The notes beneath the pieces are model-generated. The model ran no database searches. It was not told the DNA's origin and saw only the letters and a list, made by a program, of their open reading frames with translations. The translations under genes and the position numbers were made by a program. Positions 19,951 through 29,371 of a stretch of 64,000 nucleotides of DNA are shown here, one piece after another. Source of the DNA: Oceanicaulis sp. (GTDB taxonomy: Bacteria; Pseudomonadota; Alphaproteobacteria; Caulobacterales; Maricaulaceae); contig JAVJPX010000017.1 in NCBI GenBank assembly GCA_040217555.1, positions 29,626 through 93,625 on the forward strand, read 5' to 3'. Positions within the stretch are counted from its first letter, which is position 1; each line of letters starts with the position of its first letter.

Positions 19951-20118
19951 GCACTCTTCCCCTCCTCACACGCCCCTTGGCCGATCATAGCGCGCCGCTG
20001 TGACGGCGTCATCACGGGCAGCCGGTGTGAACGAAGCTTAAGCTGTCAGGGGCTGTTCACACGGGCTGCGCCTTCTTAAATGGGCAAAGCGTTTGTTTAT
20101 TTTCCGCGAGGCGTCTTC

Positions 20119-21573
20119 ATGATCCGATCTTTAATTCTCGCCGCCGCCGCCGGCCTGTCGCTCATGACTCCGGCCTGCGCCCAGGAGCGCCCGGAACCGG
20201 CAAGGCCCGCCACCCCGGCTGAGCCCACGCCCCAAGCGGCCCCGCAAGGCGGGCGCGAGACCCCGCAAAGCCAGACCCAGGTTCAGCTCTCCTTCGCGCC
20301 CGTGGTGCGCCAGGCCGCCCCGGCGGTGGTCAATGTGTATTCGCGCCGGGTGATCAATCAGCGCTCGCCGTTCGCCGGTGATCCGTTCTTTGAGCGATTT
20401 TTCGGGCCTCAGGTGCGCCAGCGCGAGGTCAATTCACTGGGCTCGGGCGTGATCGTGGACGCATCGGGCGTCATCGTGACGAATAATCACGTGGTGGAGG
20501 GCGCGCAGGATCTGCGGGTCGTGCTCTCTGATCGGCGCGAGTACGAGGCCGAGCTTTTGCTGGCTGATGAGCGCACCGATCTGGCGATCCTGAAGATCAA
20601 CGCCGGCGAAGATCTGCCGGTCCTGCCCTATGACGATGCGGGCGACGCGCAGGTTGGCGATCTGGTGCTGGCCATCGGCAATCCCTTCGGAGTGGGCCAG
20701 ACGGTGACGTCCGGCATCGTCTCGGCGCTGGCGCGCACCGATGTGGGCATCACCGACTACGCCTTCTTCATCCAGACTGACGCGGCGGTGAACCCTGGCA
20801 ATTCCGGCGGCGCGCTGGTGGACATGGACGGTGAGCTGATTGGCGTGAACACCGCGATCTTCTCGCGCTCCGGCGGGTCCAACGGGATCGGCTTTGCTGT
20901 GCCGGTGGAGATGGTGCGCACCGTGGTGGACGCGGCGCTGGCCGACGGCGCCATCGTGCGGCCCTGGCTGGGCGCGCGGCTGCAGCCGGTGACGGCGGAT
21001 CTCGCCGGTTCCATCGGGCTGGATCGCCCGCGCGGCGCCATCGTCTCCGAGCTGTGGCCGGGTGGCGCAGCCGACGAGGCGGGCCTGGAACGCGGCGACG
21101 TACTGGTCGCGGTGGACGGGGTCGAGGTCAATAACGAGGCCGGCGTACGCTTCCGCTTCGCAACTCGCCGCATCGGACAAAGCGCGCAGGTCAGCCTCCT
21201 GCGCGACGGCGAGCCCATGGAGCTTTCCGTGGAGGCGCGCCCGGCGCCGGGCGAGACTGAAGGCCGGCGCCTTACTGTGGACGGCCGTAATCCGCTGGCC
21301 GGCGCCGAGCTGGTGCAGCTCTCCCCAGCGTTCAACGACGAGAACGGGATCGATCCCTTCACACGCGGTGTGGTGGTGATCGACGTCGCCCGGCGCAGCG
21401 CAGCTGATTATTTCGGCTTTCAGGCCGGCGATCTTCTGGTCTCGCTGGACGATGAACCCATCACCTCAATCGAAGACGCCGAGCGCGTGCTGGAAGACGC
21501 CGAGGGCGCGTCACGCTGGCCGGTGGAGATCGAGCGGCGCGGTGACCGCTTCAGCCGGGTGTTGAGTCTTTAG
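20119..21573 (+). CDS. Do/HtrA family periplasmic serine endopeptidase with two PDZ domains
   Basis: Signal peptide MIRSLILAAAAGLSLMTPACAQ. Catalytic context TNNHVV, DLAILKI, GNSGGALVD. Confidence 0.92.
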   Translation: MIRSLILAAAAGLSLMTPACAQERPEPARPATPAEPTPQAAPQGGRETPQSQTQVQLSFAPVVRQAAPAVVNVYSRRVINQRSPFAGDPFFERFFGPQVRQREVNSLGSGVIVDASGVIVTNNHVVEGAQDLRVVLSDRREYEAELLLADERTDLAILKINAGEDLPVLPYDDAGDAQVGDLVLAIGNPFGVGQTVTSGIVSALARTDVGITDYAFFIQTDAAVNPGNSGGALVDMDGELIGVNTAIFSRSGGSNGIGFAVPVEMVRTVVDAALADGAIVRPWLGARLQPVTADLAGSIGLDRPRGAIVSELWPGGAADEAGLERGDVLVAVDGVEVNNEAGVRFRFATRRIGQSAQVSLLRDGEPMELSVEARPAPGETEGRRLTVDGRNPLAGAELVQLSPAFNDENGIDPFTRGVVVIDVARRSAADYFGFQAGDLLVSLDDEPITSIEDAERVLEDAEGASRWPVEIERRGDRFSRVLSL

Positions 21574-21652
21574 CCTGGCGGAGTGCGAGGCGAATCCTCC
21601 CGTTAACAGACTCACCCCATGATGGCCTCTCAATCCAGTGGGACGCCAGCGC

Positions 21653-22828
21653 ATGAGCGAGCCTTTCCTGCCCTATGGGCGCCAGTCGATCGACGAGCGT
21701 GATCTGGCCGCCGTCGCGCGCGTGCTGCAGAGCGACTATCTCACCACCGGCCCGGAAATTCCCGCCTTCGAGACCGACTTCGCCGCCGCGGTGAACGCGC
21801 CCCATGCCGTGGCGTGCAACAGCGCGACTGCGGCGCTTCACCTGGCGCTGGACGGGCTGGGCGTGGGGCCCGGCGATGTCTGCATCGTGCCGACGATCAC
21901 GTTTCTCGCCACCGCCAACGCCGCGCGCTATTGCGGCGCCGACGTGATTTTCGCCGATGTGGACCCGGAAACCGGCCTTCTCACCGCTGAGACCTTCGCC
22001 GACGCGCTCGCGCGGGCAGAGGGACGGGCCAAAGCGGTGCTCCCGGTGCATCTGGGCGGCGCCATGTGCGACATGGCCGCAATCGCCCCTGCGGCGCGCA
22101 AGGCGGGGCTGAAGATCGTTGAAGACAGCTGCCACGCCATCGGGTCGGTGGACGCATCCGGCGATCCTGCGGGCGCCTGCACGCGCTCGGACGCGGCGAC
22201 GTTTTCCTTCCACCCGGTGAAGACGATCGCCAGCGGTGAAGGCGGCATGGTCACCACAAGAGACGGCGCGCTCGCCGCGCTCATGGCGCGCCGGCGATCC
22301 CACGGCGTGGAGCGCGATCCCGCGCGCTTTGAGCATACCGACATGGCCAAGGCGCCCTGGTGGTATGAACAGCGCGAGCTTGGCTGGAATTACCGCATGC
22401 CGGACATTCTCGCCGCGCTGGCGCGGTCCCAGCTCGCCCGCCTGCCGCAATTCGCGGCCAAGCGCCAGGCGCTGTGCGCCGCCTATGACACCGCGCTCAC
22501 CGAATTTGCGCCGCTTGTATGGACGCCGGCCTATCAAAGAGGCGTCGATCCCTGCCGGCACCTGATGAATGTGCGCATCGATTTCGCCGCCGCCAGATGC
22601 ACGCGCGAAGGCGTCATGGCGCGCTTGAGAGAGCGCGGCGTGGGCAGTCAGGTCCACTATATTCCGGTGCATGCCCAGCCCTATTACCGCGCGCTTTATG
22701 GCGATGGCGACCTGCCGGGTGCGCGGGCCTATTACGACAGGACGCTCTCCCTGCCGCTTTACCCTGACATGAGCGAGTCCGATGTGGGCCGCGTCGCCGA
22801 TGCGCTGGCGTTCGCCCTGAAGCTATGA
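21653..22828 (+). CDS. pseC: UDP-4-amino-4,6-dideoxy-N-acetyl-beta-L-altrosamine transaminase (DegT/DnrJ/EryC1 family)
   Basis: LPYGRQSIDERDLAAVARVLQSDYLTTGPEIPAFE and FHPVKTIASGEGG (PLP Lys). The specific pseC assignment rests on context with pseB/G/I/F. Confidence 0.85.
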   Translation: MSEPFLPYGRQSIDERDLAAVARVLQSDYLTTGPEIPAFETDFAAAVNAPHAVACNSATAALHLALDGLGVGPGDVCIVPTITFLATANAARYCGADVIFADVDPETGLLTAETFADALARAEGRAKAVLPVHLGGAMCDMAAIAPAARKAGLKIVEDSCHAIGSVDASGDPAGACTRSDAATFSFHPVKTIASGEGGMVTTRDGALAALMARRRSHGVERDPARFEHTDMAKAPWWYEQRELGWNYRMPDILAALARSQLARLPQFAAKRQALCAAYDTALTEFAPLVWTPAYQRGVDPCRHLMNVRIDFAAARCTREGVMARLRERGVGSQVHYIPVHAQPYYRALYGDGDLPGARAYYDRTLSLPLYPDMSESDVGRVADALAFALKL

Positions 22829-23721
22829 GCGCGCCGCGAGTGGAGATCGCCGTAGATGGCGGGGCGGGGCTCGGCTTCGGTCATATTTCACGCTCGCAAA
22901 CCCTTGCGGCGGCGCTGCGTGACGCAGGGGCCATCGTGCGGTTTGATCCGCGCTCCGACGCGGCGCGGGGTTCGCTCGCCGGTCAGCTGGACGCGCCGGA
23001 TGCGGCGCAAGCACCGGCCTCCGCCCCGGCTGACATTCTCGTGCTTGATCTACCCTATGGCGACGACGCCGCGATCCTTGGCGCCAGAGCCGCCGGGCGC
23101 CGGGTCGCCGTGCTAGATCATGGGGGCGAGGCGCAGGCTGACCTTGCGATCCGCACCGATCCGAGGCCCATCGCCATGGCGGCGACGCGCTGCGAGTACG
23201 GCCTCGCCTACGCCCTGATCCGCCGCGAAATTCTTGAGCAGGCGCCGCGCGACGAGGGTCATGTCCTGATCTGCGTCGGCGGCTCTGATCTGGGCGATCT
23301 GGGCGTCGAGGCGGCTGTGAAACTCGCCGCGGCGGGCGAACGCGTGATCCTGGTGCGCGGACCCATGGCGAGCCGGCTCACAGAGGCGCCGGCCGGCGTC
23401 GATGTGCGCGTCAGCCCGCCGAATCTGCCTGCGCTCATGGCCGGATGCCGCTTTGCGGTGACCAATTCCGGCACCACCGCGCTGGAATGCATGGCGCTGG
23501 GCAAGGCGGTGCATGTGCTTCCCCAGACAGACGCCGAGCGCGCCACCGGTGAACATTTCCTGTCTCAGGGCCTGATCCTGGGGCTTGGGCTGGAGGCGCT
23601 TGAGAGCCCGGGTCCGGACGCCGTGGCGCGCGCCGGCGCGGCCGGGCGCGCCCGCGTAGACGGCCGGGGCGCCGCGCGCATGGCCGCCCTGATCCTCGAC
23701 CTTCTGGAGCCGACCCCATGA
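22825..23721 (+). CDS. pseG: UDP-2,4-diacetamido-2,4,6-trideoxy-beta-L-altropyranose hydrolase-like (PseG-like, GT28 C-terminal type)
   Basis: N-terminal GAGLGFGHISRSQTLAAALRDAG resembles the PseG G-x-GH-x-x-R motif. ATGA overlap with pseC. Confidence 0.65.
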   Translation: MSAPRVEIAVDGGAGLGFGHISRSQTLAAALRDAGAIVRFDPRSDAARGSLAGQLDAPDAAQAPASAPADILVLDLPYGDDAAILGARAAGRRVAVLDHGGEAQADLAIRTDPRPIAMAATRCEYGLAYALIRREILEQAPRDEGHVLICVGGSDLGDLGVEAAVKLAAAGERVILVRGPMASRLTEAPAGVDVRVSPPNLPALMAGCRFAVTNSGTTALECMALGKAVHVLPQTDAERATGEHFLSQGLILGLGLEALESPGPDAVARAGAAGRARVDGRGAARMAALILDLLEPTP

Positions 23722-24401
23722 CTGACAAGATCGACGCCTGGACCACCGGCGTGGTGGCCGGCGCCCGGCCGGCCAAAGCGCGCAGCTTTCCCAACGAGCT
23801 GATGCTCCACGTTTTGTTGAGCGAGCGCTATACCGGCTGGCCGGTGATCGTGGGAGAGGGAGCGCGCGTGCTGGACGTGGGCGCGCTGCACGGCGCCAAT
23901 CTGGCGCCCTTCGCCGATAGGGGCTGTGATTGTTACGGGGTGGAGATCAACCCCGAGATGGTCGCCCTGGCGCGCACCGCCTGCGCCGAGCAGTCCATCG
24001 CCGCCGAAATCCGAACCGGAACCAACACGGCGCTGCCGTTCGAGGACGGCTTCCTTGATCTGCTTTTGTCGGTCAACGTGCTCCATTATGAGGACGACAC
24101 AGACGGGCTGAAGGCCGGCCTCGCCGAATACGCCCGCGTGCTGCGCCCAGGCGGGCGCGCCTTCATCGTCACCGGCGGGCCGCAGCATTTCATCCGCGCG
24201 AGCGCGCAGCGTCTGGGCGCCAATCAGTACCGGCTCGGCTACGACGATTTTCGCAAAGGCCAGGTCATGGCCTACGCCGAGGACGAGGCGGATCTGAAAT
24301 CCCTGTGCGCCGGCGCCTTTCGCCGGGTCGTCACCGGGCGCAGCACCGAGCATCACCCGGCCGCGTCGCTGGACTTCTTCTACGCCCTGGCCGAGCGCTG
24401 A
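23718..24401 (+). CDS. Class I SAM-dependent methyltransferase
   Basis: Motif I VLDVGALHGANL and post-I/II elements (CYGVEINPEMV, FLDLLLSVNVLHY). ATGA overlap with pseG. Confidence 0.8.
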   Translation: MTDKIDAWTTGVVAGARPAKARSFPNELMLHVLLSERYTGWPVIVGEGARVLDVGALHGANLAPFADRGCDCYGVEINPEMVALARTACAEQSIAAEIRTGTNTALPFEDGFLDLLLSVNVLHYEDDTDGLKAGLAEYARVLRPGGRAFIVTGGPQHFIRASAQRLGANQYRLGYDDFRKGQVMAYAEDEADLKSLCAGAFRRVVTGRSTEHHPAASLDFFYALAER

Positions 24402-24412
24402 GAGCACGCAAA

Positions 24413-24445
24413 CTGGGCGCTGACTGGGCGCTGACTGGGCGGCGA
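24413..24445 (+). repeat. 3 x 11-bp tandem repeat (ctgggcgctga, ctgggcgctga, ctgggcggcga)
   Basis: Read directly in the only sizeable intergenic gap (115 bp) of the + strand pse operon. Confidence 0.85.
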
Positions 24446-24516
24446 CGGGGCGATCACCGAGAGCCGATCCGCGCAGGCGTTTAACGATTCTCCCGCGAAT
24501 CGCGCGATAAGCTAGG

Positions 24517-25623
24517 ATGACAAGGCAGATTGGCGGACCTTCCATGGACGCGAGCGGCGCGCCTCACCCAAAGCATCTCACCATTGACGGCCGGCGCATC
24601 GGTCCGGGCGAGCCGCCCTATGTGATCGCGGAGGTGTCCGGCAATCACAACAAGGATCTGGCCAAGGCGCTTGCCATGATCGATGCGGCCAAGGCCGCCG
24701 GCGCCGATGCGGTGAAGTTCCAGACCTACACCGCCGACAGCCTGACCCTGCCCAGCGACAAGCCAGACTTCCAGATCACCACCGGGACCTGGGCGGGCTG
24801 GAATCCGCACAAGCTCTATCAGGAAGCCGCGACGCCCTATGAATGGTTCCCGAAACTGTTCGAGCGCGGGCGCGAGATCGGGATCACCGTCTTTTCTTCG
24901 CCTTTCGATGACGATGCGGTCGACCGGCTGGAAGCCTGGGGCGCGCCAGCCTACAAGATCGCCAGCAACGAGTTCACCGACTGGCCGCTGGTGAAGAAGG
25001 CCGCCGCCACCGGCAAGCCGCTTATCCTGTCCACCGGCACCGCGACGCTGGAGGAGATCGAGGCGACCGTGGCGTTTCTTTCAAAGATCGGCGCGCCGGA
25101 TTATGCGCTGCTCCATTGCGTCAGCGCCTATCCCGCGCCGCTGATCGCGGCGAACCTCTCCACCATCCCGGCGATCGCCGAGAGGTTTGGAGTCGTGGCC
25201 GGCTTCTCCGACCATACGCTGGGGGTGACCGCGCCGATCACGGCGGCGGCGCTGGGCGCGGCGATCATCGAAAAACACTTCATTCTGGACCGCTCCGACG
25301 GGGGTCCGGATTCCAGCTTCGCCATCGAGCCCGACGAGCTGGCGCTATTGTGCAGATCAGTGCGTGAAGCCCATGAATGCCTGGGCCGGCCCGAGTTTGG
25401 AATGAAAGAGGCCGAGACCAAGTCCCCGATCTACAAGCGCTGCTTCCACACCACCCGCGCCATCAAGGCCGGCGAAATTCTGGGGCCTGACAATCTGCGC
25501 GCCATTCGCGCGCGCCAGGGCCTGCCAGCGCGCCGGTTCGAGGCGATCTTCGGCAAGCGCGCCGCAGTGGACATCGACGAGCATGAAGCGCTCACCAACG
25601 CCATGATCGGAGGCGCGGCGTGA
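24517..25623 (+). CDS. pseI: Pseudaminic acid synthase (NeuB family with C-terminal SAF domain)
   Basis: PPYVIAEVSGNHNKDLAKALAMIDAAKAAGADAVKFQTY and HCVSAYPAP. Start is uncertain (24517 or 24544). Confidence 0.87.
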   Translation: MTRQIGGPSMDASGAPHPKHLTIDGRRIGPGEPPYVIAEVSGNHNKDLAKALAMIDAAKAAGADAVKFQTYTADSLTLPSDKPDFQITTGTWAGWNPHKLYQEAATPYEWFPKLFERGREIGITVFSSPFDDDAVDRLEAWGAPAYKIASNEFTDWPLVKKAAATGKPLILSTGTATLEEIEATVAFLSKIGAPDYALLHCVSAYPAPLIAANLSTIPAIAERFGVVAGFSDHTLGVTAPITAAALGAAIIEKHFILDRSDGGPDSSFAIEPDELALLCRSVREAHECLGRPEFGMKEAETKSPIYKRCFHTTRAIKAGEILGPDNLRAIRARQGLPARRFEAIFGKRAAVDIDEHEALTNAMIGGAA

Positions 25624-26309
25624 GCAAGCCCCTGGTCATTTTCGGCTCCGGCGAGATCGCAAGTCTCGCCAAGTATTACTTTGAAAACGACGCCGGCCGG
25701 ACCGTCGCGGTGTTCACCGTCGACGACGAATACGCCGGCGAAGAGCGCTTTGAGGGCCGGCCTCTGCTCGCCTGGTCGCAAGCCCTGAAGGAGTTTGCGC
25801 CCGGCGAAGCGGAAGTCCACGTGGCGCTCTCCTATCAAAAGCTCAACCGGCTGCGGCAAGCCAAATACGAGCAGGTGAAGGCGGCGGGCTATACCCTGCC
25901 GAGCTATGTCTGCTCAAAGGCCAGCGTCTGGCCGGATCTGGTTCACGGCGACAATTGCTTCATCCTGGAAGACCAGGTGATCCAGCCCACCTGCCGCATC
26001 GGCAATAATGTGATGCTCTGGTCGGGCAATCATATCGGCCATGGCTCGGTGATCGGCGACCACACCTATTTCGCCAGCCATGTGGTGGTGTCCGGCCATT
26101 GCACGATCGGCCAGCGCTGCTTCTTCGGCGTCAACGCGACGTTGCGCGATTTTTTGACCATCGGCGATGACTGCTTCATCGCCATGGGCGCCAGCATCGT
26201 GAAGGATATGGGCGATGGCGGCGTCGCGCTTGGCGCGCCTTCCACCTTGCTGGACGGCGATGACGCCAAGGCGATGAAAATCCGCAATCGCTATTTCGGA
26301 CTTGAATGA
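25620..26309 (+). CDS. NeuD/PglD-family sugar acyltransferase (left-handed beta-helix)
   Basis: N-terminal Rossmann-like LVIFGSGEIASLAKYYF plus hexapeptide repeats (IGNNVMLWSGNHIGHGSVIGDHTYFASHVVVSGHCTIG). GTGA overlap with pseI. Confidence 0.8.
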   Translation: MSKPLVIFGSGEIASLAKYYFENDAGRTVAVFTVDDEYAGEERFEGRPLLAWSQALKEFAPGEAEVHVALSYQKLNRLRQAKYEQVKAAGYTLPSYVCSKASVWPDLVHGDNCFILEDQVIQPTCRIGNNVMLWSGNHIGHGSVIGDHTYFASHVVVSGHCTIGQRCFFGVNATLRDFLTIGDDCFIAMGASIVKDMGDGGVALGAPSTLLDGDDAKAMKIRNRYFGLE

Positions 26310-27202
26310 TGAGTTGGGACAAGCTCGGCCTCGTGATCAAGCCCGACCCCGCCCTGTGGTGGAGCCGCACCCACGCCATGTTGCCGACGCCTGAACATGT
26401 GGAGGGCTCGCTCTGGCGGATCTGGCAGGCGGGACGGAACGATCAGAACCAGTCCCATGTGGGCTGGGCGCTCATTGATCTCGAACATCCCGACCGCGTC
26501 ATTGAGCGCTCCACCGAGCCGCTCCTGACGCCAGGACCTCTGGGCGCGTTTGATGATAACGGCGTACTGCCAAGCTGTATCATCAAGGATGGCGGCGAGA
26601 CGCTACTCTATTATATCGGCTTCAAGCCCGGCGGCACGACGCGCATGGATCTCTATGGCGGGCTGGCGTCACGCAAGGGTGATGCGGGACCTTTCACCCG
26701 GCTGAACCGCGCGCCGATCCTGGAGCGCTGCCACGTCAATCCCTACATCAACACCGCCCCTTTTGTGGTCCGCCATGGCGATACCTGGTGCATGTACTAT
26801 GTGGCCGGGACCGAGTGGGTGAATCCAGACCTGCCGCGCTACAATATCCAGATCGCCACCTCGAAAGACGGGCGCAGCTGGGACCGGCACGGGCGTGTCG
26901 CCATTGATTTCGCGGCCGGTGAAAACGCCCTGGCGCGGCCCTTCGTCTACCATGACGGCGCGCGCTGGGTGATGTGGTTCGCATCCAAAGGAAAAGCCTA
27001 CCGGGCGCAGATCGCCTACTCTGATGATGGTCTCAGCTGGACGCGCGATCCGGACGGGCCGGGCCTCGCGCCCACGAAGGACGGACCGGACAGCGACATG
27101 CTAGAATACTTCATCGTGCTGCCCCACAAGGGCAGGCGGGTCGTTTTCTACAATGGAAATGATTACGGGCGCGCCGGCGTGTGCGCGGCGGTGGAGCGGT
27201 GA
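26306..27202 (+). CDS. Uncharacterised beta-propeller protein (GH32/43/68/130-like fold)
   Basis: 298 aa with repeated blade-like W/Y-rich segments (GSLWRIWQAG, ETLLYYIGF, DTWCMYYVAG, ARWVMWFAS, RVVFYNG). ATGA overlap with the upstream gene. Function unknown. Confidence 0.6.
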   Translation: MMSWDKLGLVIKPDPALWWSRTHAMLPTPEHVEGSLWRIWQAGRNDQNQSHVGWALIDLEHPDRVIERSTEPLLTPGPLGAFDDNGVLPSCIIKDGGETLLYYIGFKPGGTTRMDLYGGLASRKGDAGPFTRLNRAPILERCHVNPYINTAPFVVRHGDTWCMYYVAGTEWVNPDLPRYNIQIATSKDGRSWDRHGRVAIDFAAGENALARPFVYHDGARWVMWFASKGKAYRAQIAYSDDGLSWTRDPDGPGLAPTKDGPDSDMLEYFIVLPHKGRRVVFYNGNDYGRAGVCAAVER

Positions 27203-27945
27203 GCGCGAACGCCTCTCCCGCGCCGGTCGCCCGCGTCGAGACGCTAGCGATCATGCAGCCGACCTTTCTGCCATGGGCGGGGTATTTCGCGCTGATGGAC
27301 CGGGTGGACCGCTTTGTGCTGCTGGACGACGTGCAGTTCGACAAGCGCTCCTGGCAGCAGCGAAACCGCATCAAGACAGCCGGCGGTCCGCTCTGGCTCA
27401 CCGCGCCCGTGCTCACCAAGGGATTGCGGGATCAGACCATTGCGCAGGCCCGGCTCAATCCCGACGCCGAGTTCGCCGCCACGGCCCTTAAGACCCTTGA
27501 GCACGCCTACAAGAAAGCGCCGTACTATGCACCCGTGATGGAGCGCGTGGCGCCGGCGTTCGAGCAAGCGGGTGAAGGCCTGTGCGCGCTCAATATCGCC
27601 CTGATCGAGGCGCTCGCCGGCCTGATGGGGTTGAACGCGGATCTGGTGACCAGCTCGGCGACCCCGGTCGCCTCCACCAAAGCGCAGCGCCTGGCCGATC
27701 TTTGCGCCGCCCACGGAGCGGCGCGTTATCTCTCCCCGCCGGGCTCGAGGGACTATCTGGACAGCGATCCTGCGCTGGCTGAGGCGGGCGTGGATCTATT
27801 TTACTTCACATATGAACATCCGGTCTGGCCGCAGCTTCATGGGCCGTTCGAGCCCTATATGAGCGCGCTGGATCTGGCGATGAATGCGCTGCCTGACAGC
27901 CTTGAGATCCTGCGCTCGGGCGTCGGCGAGGACCAGAAAGCGTGA
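27199..27945 (+). CDS. WbqC family protein (unknown function, polysaccharide loci)
   Basis: LAIMQPTFLPWAGYFALMDRVDRFVLLDDVQFDKRSWQQRNRIK matches the WbqC N-terminal signature. The GTG start at 27199 is proposed from a GTGA overlap; ATG at 27253 is the alternative. Confidence 0.78.
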   Translation: MSANASPAPVARVETLAIMQPTFLPWAGYFALMDRVDRFVLLDDVQFDKRSWQQRNRIKTAGGPLWLTAPVLTKGLRDQTIAQARLNPDAEFAATALKTLEHAYKKAPYYAPVMERVAPAFEQAGEGLCALNIALIEALAGLMGLNADLVTSSATPVASTKAQRLADLCAAHGAARYLSPPGSRDYLDSDPALAEAGVDLFYFTYEHPVWPQLHGPFEPYMSALDLAMNALPDSLEILRSGVGEDQKA

Positions 27946-28649
27946 GCGTGCTGTGCGTGATCCCGGCGCGGGGCGGATCGAAACGCATCCTGCGCAAGAA
28001 TATCCGCGATTTCGCCGGCGAGCCCATGCTCGCCCATGCGCTGACCGCGGCGCTTCAAAGCGAAGCCTTCGACACCGTCCATGTCTCCACCGAGGACGAT
28101 GAGATCGCTGCGGTGGCCGCCAAGTACGGCGCGCCGCCGGACTTCGCCCGACCGGCCTCGCTGGGCGAAGATCACACGCCGATCCGGGACGTGGTGAAGG
28201 CGGTGCTGGCCGAATACGCCGCGCGCGGGCGCGCCTTCGACACGGTGGCGCTGGTCTACGCCACGGCCGTGCTGATCGAGGCGGAGGATCTTCGCGCAGC
28301 GCTCAAAGCCTTCGCCGCGGCGAGCCAAAACCCGCTTCTGTCGGTGGTGGACGCGGGCACGCCGCTGGAGCGGCTCATGGTGGAGGAGGGCGGGGTCTTG
28401 CGCCCCGTCTCTCCCGATCGGTTTGCAAACCGCAGCCAGGACCTGGCCATCGCCTACCGCGACGCTGGCGCGTTTGCGATCTTTTCCGCCGAGACCCTGC
28501 GGGCCGACACTGACGGCGCGCAGGCGCTGGCGTTCCGGCCGTTTTTATTGCCGCGCTGGAAAGGCGTGGATATCGACACCGAGGAAGACTGGCGCTTCGC
28601 ACGGATCATCAAGGCCGGCCTCGCCGCCGTTTCAGGAGAGTTTTCATGA
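27942..28649 (+). CDS. pseF: Pseudaminic acid cytidylyltransferase (CMP-nonulosonate synthetase family)
   Basis: VLCVIPARGGSKRILRKNIRDFAGEPML. GTGA overlap with the upstream gene. Confidence 0.85.
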   Translation: MSVLCVIPARGGSKRILRKNIRDFAGEPMLAHALTAALQSEAFDTVHVSTEDDEIAAVAAKYGAPPDFARPASLGEDHTPIRDVVKAVLAEYAARGRAFDTVALVYATAVLIEAEDLRAALKAFAAASQNPLLSVVDAGTPLERLMVEEGGVLRPVSPDRFANRSQDLAIAYRDAGAFAIFSAETLRADTDGAQALAFRPFLLPRWKGVDIDTEEDWRFARIIKAGLAAVSGEFS

Positions 28650-29269
28650 GCTATCGCACCGAGCAGGAGGCCTTCTGGGCCGGTGAATTCGGCGACGCCT
28701 ACCGCGAGCGTTGCGCGCTGTCCGACGATCTTGTCGCCGCGCGCACAGCCTGCATGGCGCGCATGCTCAAATCGGCCGCGCCGGTGGAAAGCGCGTTCGA
28801 GATCGGCTGCAATATCGGGCTCAATCTTGTGGCCATGAAGCGGGTTTCTCCGGCCACCAGACTCAGCGCCATCGAGATCAACGAAACCTCCGCTGAAGCC
28901 GCCAGAAAGCTTGGCGTCGCCGAGGTGGAGACGGCTTCAGCGCTCGGTTATGAGAGCGACAAGACCTATGATCTGTCGATGATCTGCGGCGTGCTGATCC
29001 ACATGAATCCGGAGGTTCTGCCGGAAATCTACGAGCTTTTGTATCGCACCAGCCGCCGGCACATCCTGTTGTTCGAGTATTACAACCCGACCCCGGTCGA
29101 GGTGACTTATCGCGGTCACACCGCGCGCCTGTTCAAGCGCGATTTCGCCGGCGAGATGCTGGACCGCTACGCCGATCTGAAGCTGGTGGATTACGGGTTT
29201 TTCTACCATCGCGATCCGATCTCGAAATCGGATGACGGCACCTTCTTCCTGATGGAGAAAACCGGCTAG
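28646..29269 (+). CDS. Pseudaminic acid biosynthesis-associated methylase
   Basis: YRTEQEAFWAGEFGDAYRER...EIGCNIGLNL...ICGVLIHMNPEVLPEIYELLYRTSRRHILLFEYYNP fits the Pse-associated methylase family pattern. ATGA overlap with pseF. Confidence 0.78.
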   Translation: MSYRTEQEAFWAGEFGDAYRERCALSDDLVAARTACMARMLKSAAPVESAFEIGCNIGLNLVAMKRVSPATRLSAIEINETSAEAARKLGVAEVETASALGYESDKTYDLSMICGVLIHMNPEVLPEIYELLYRTSRRHILLFEYYNPTPVEVTYRGHTARLFKRDFAGEMLDRYADLKLVDYGFFYHRDPISKSDDGTFFLMEKTG

Positions 29270-29371
29270 AGAGATTTTCTGTCGCTTCTGATCGACCATT
29301 ATCACTCCTAATCTTTGACTTGTCGCCTTTTAGAACCGCGAAACCGGTACCCACTTTCGCGCAAAAAGGCT

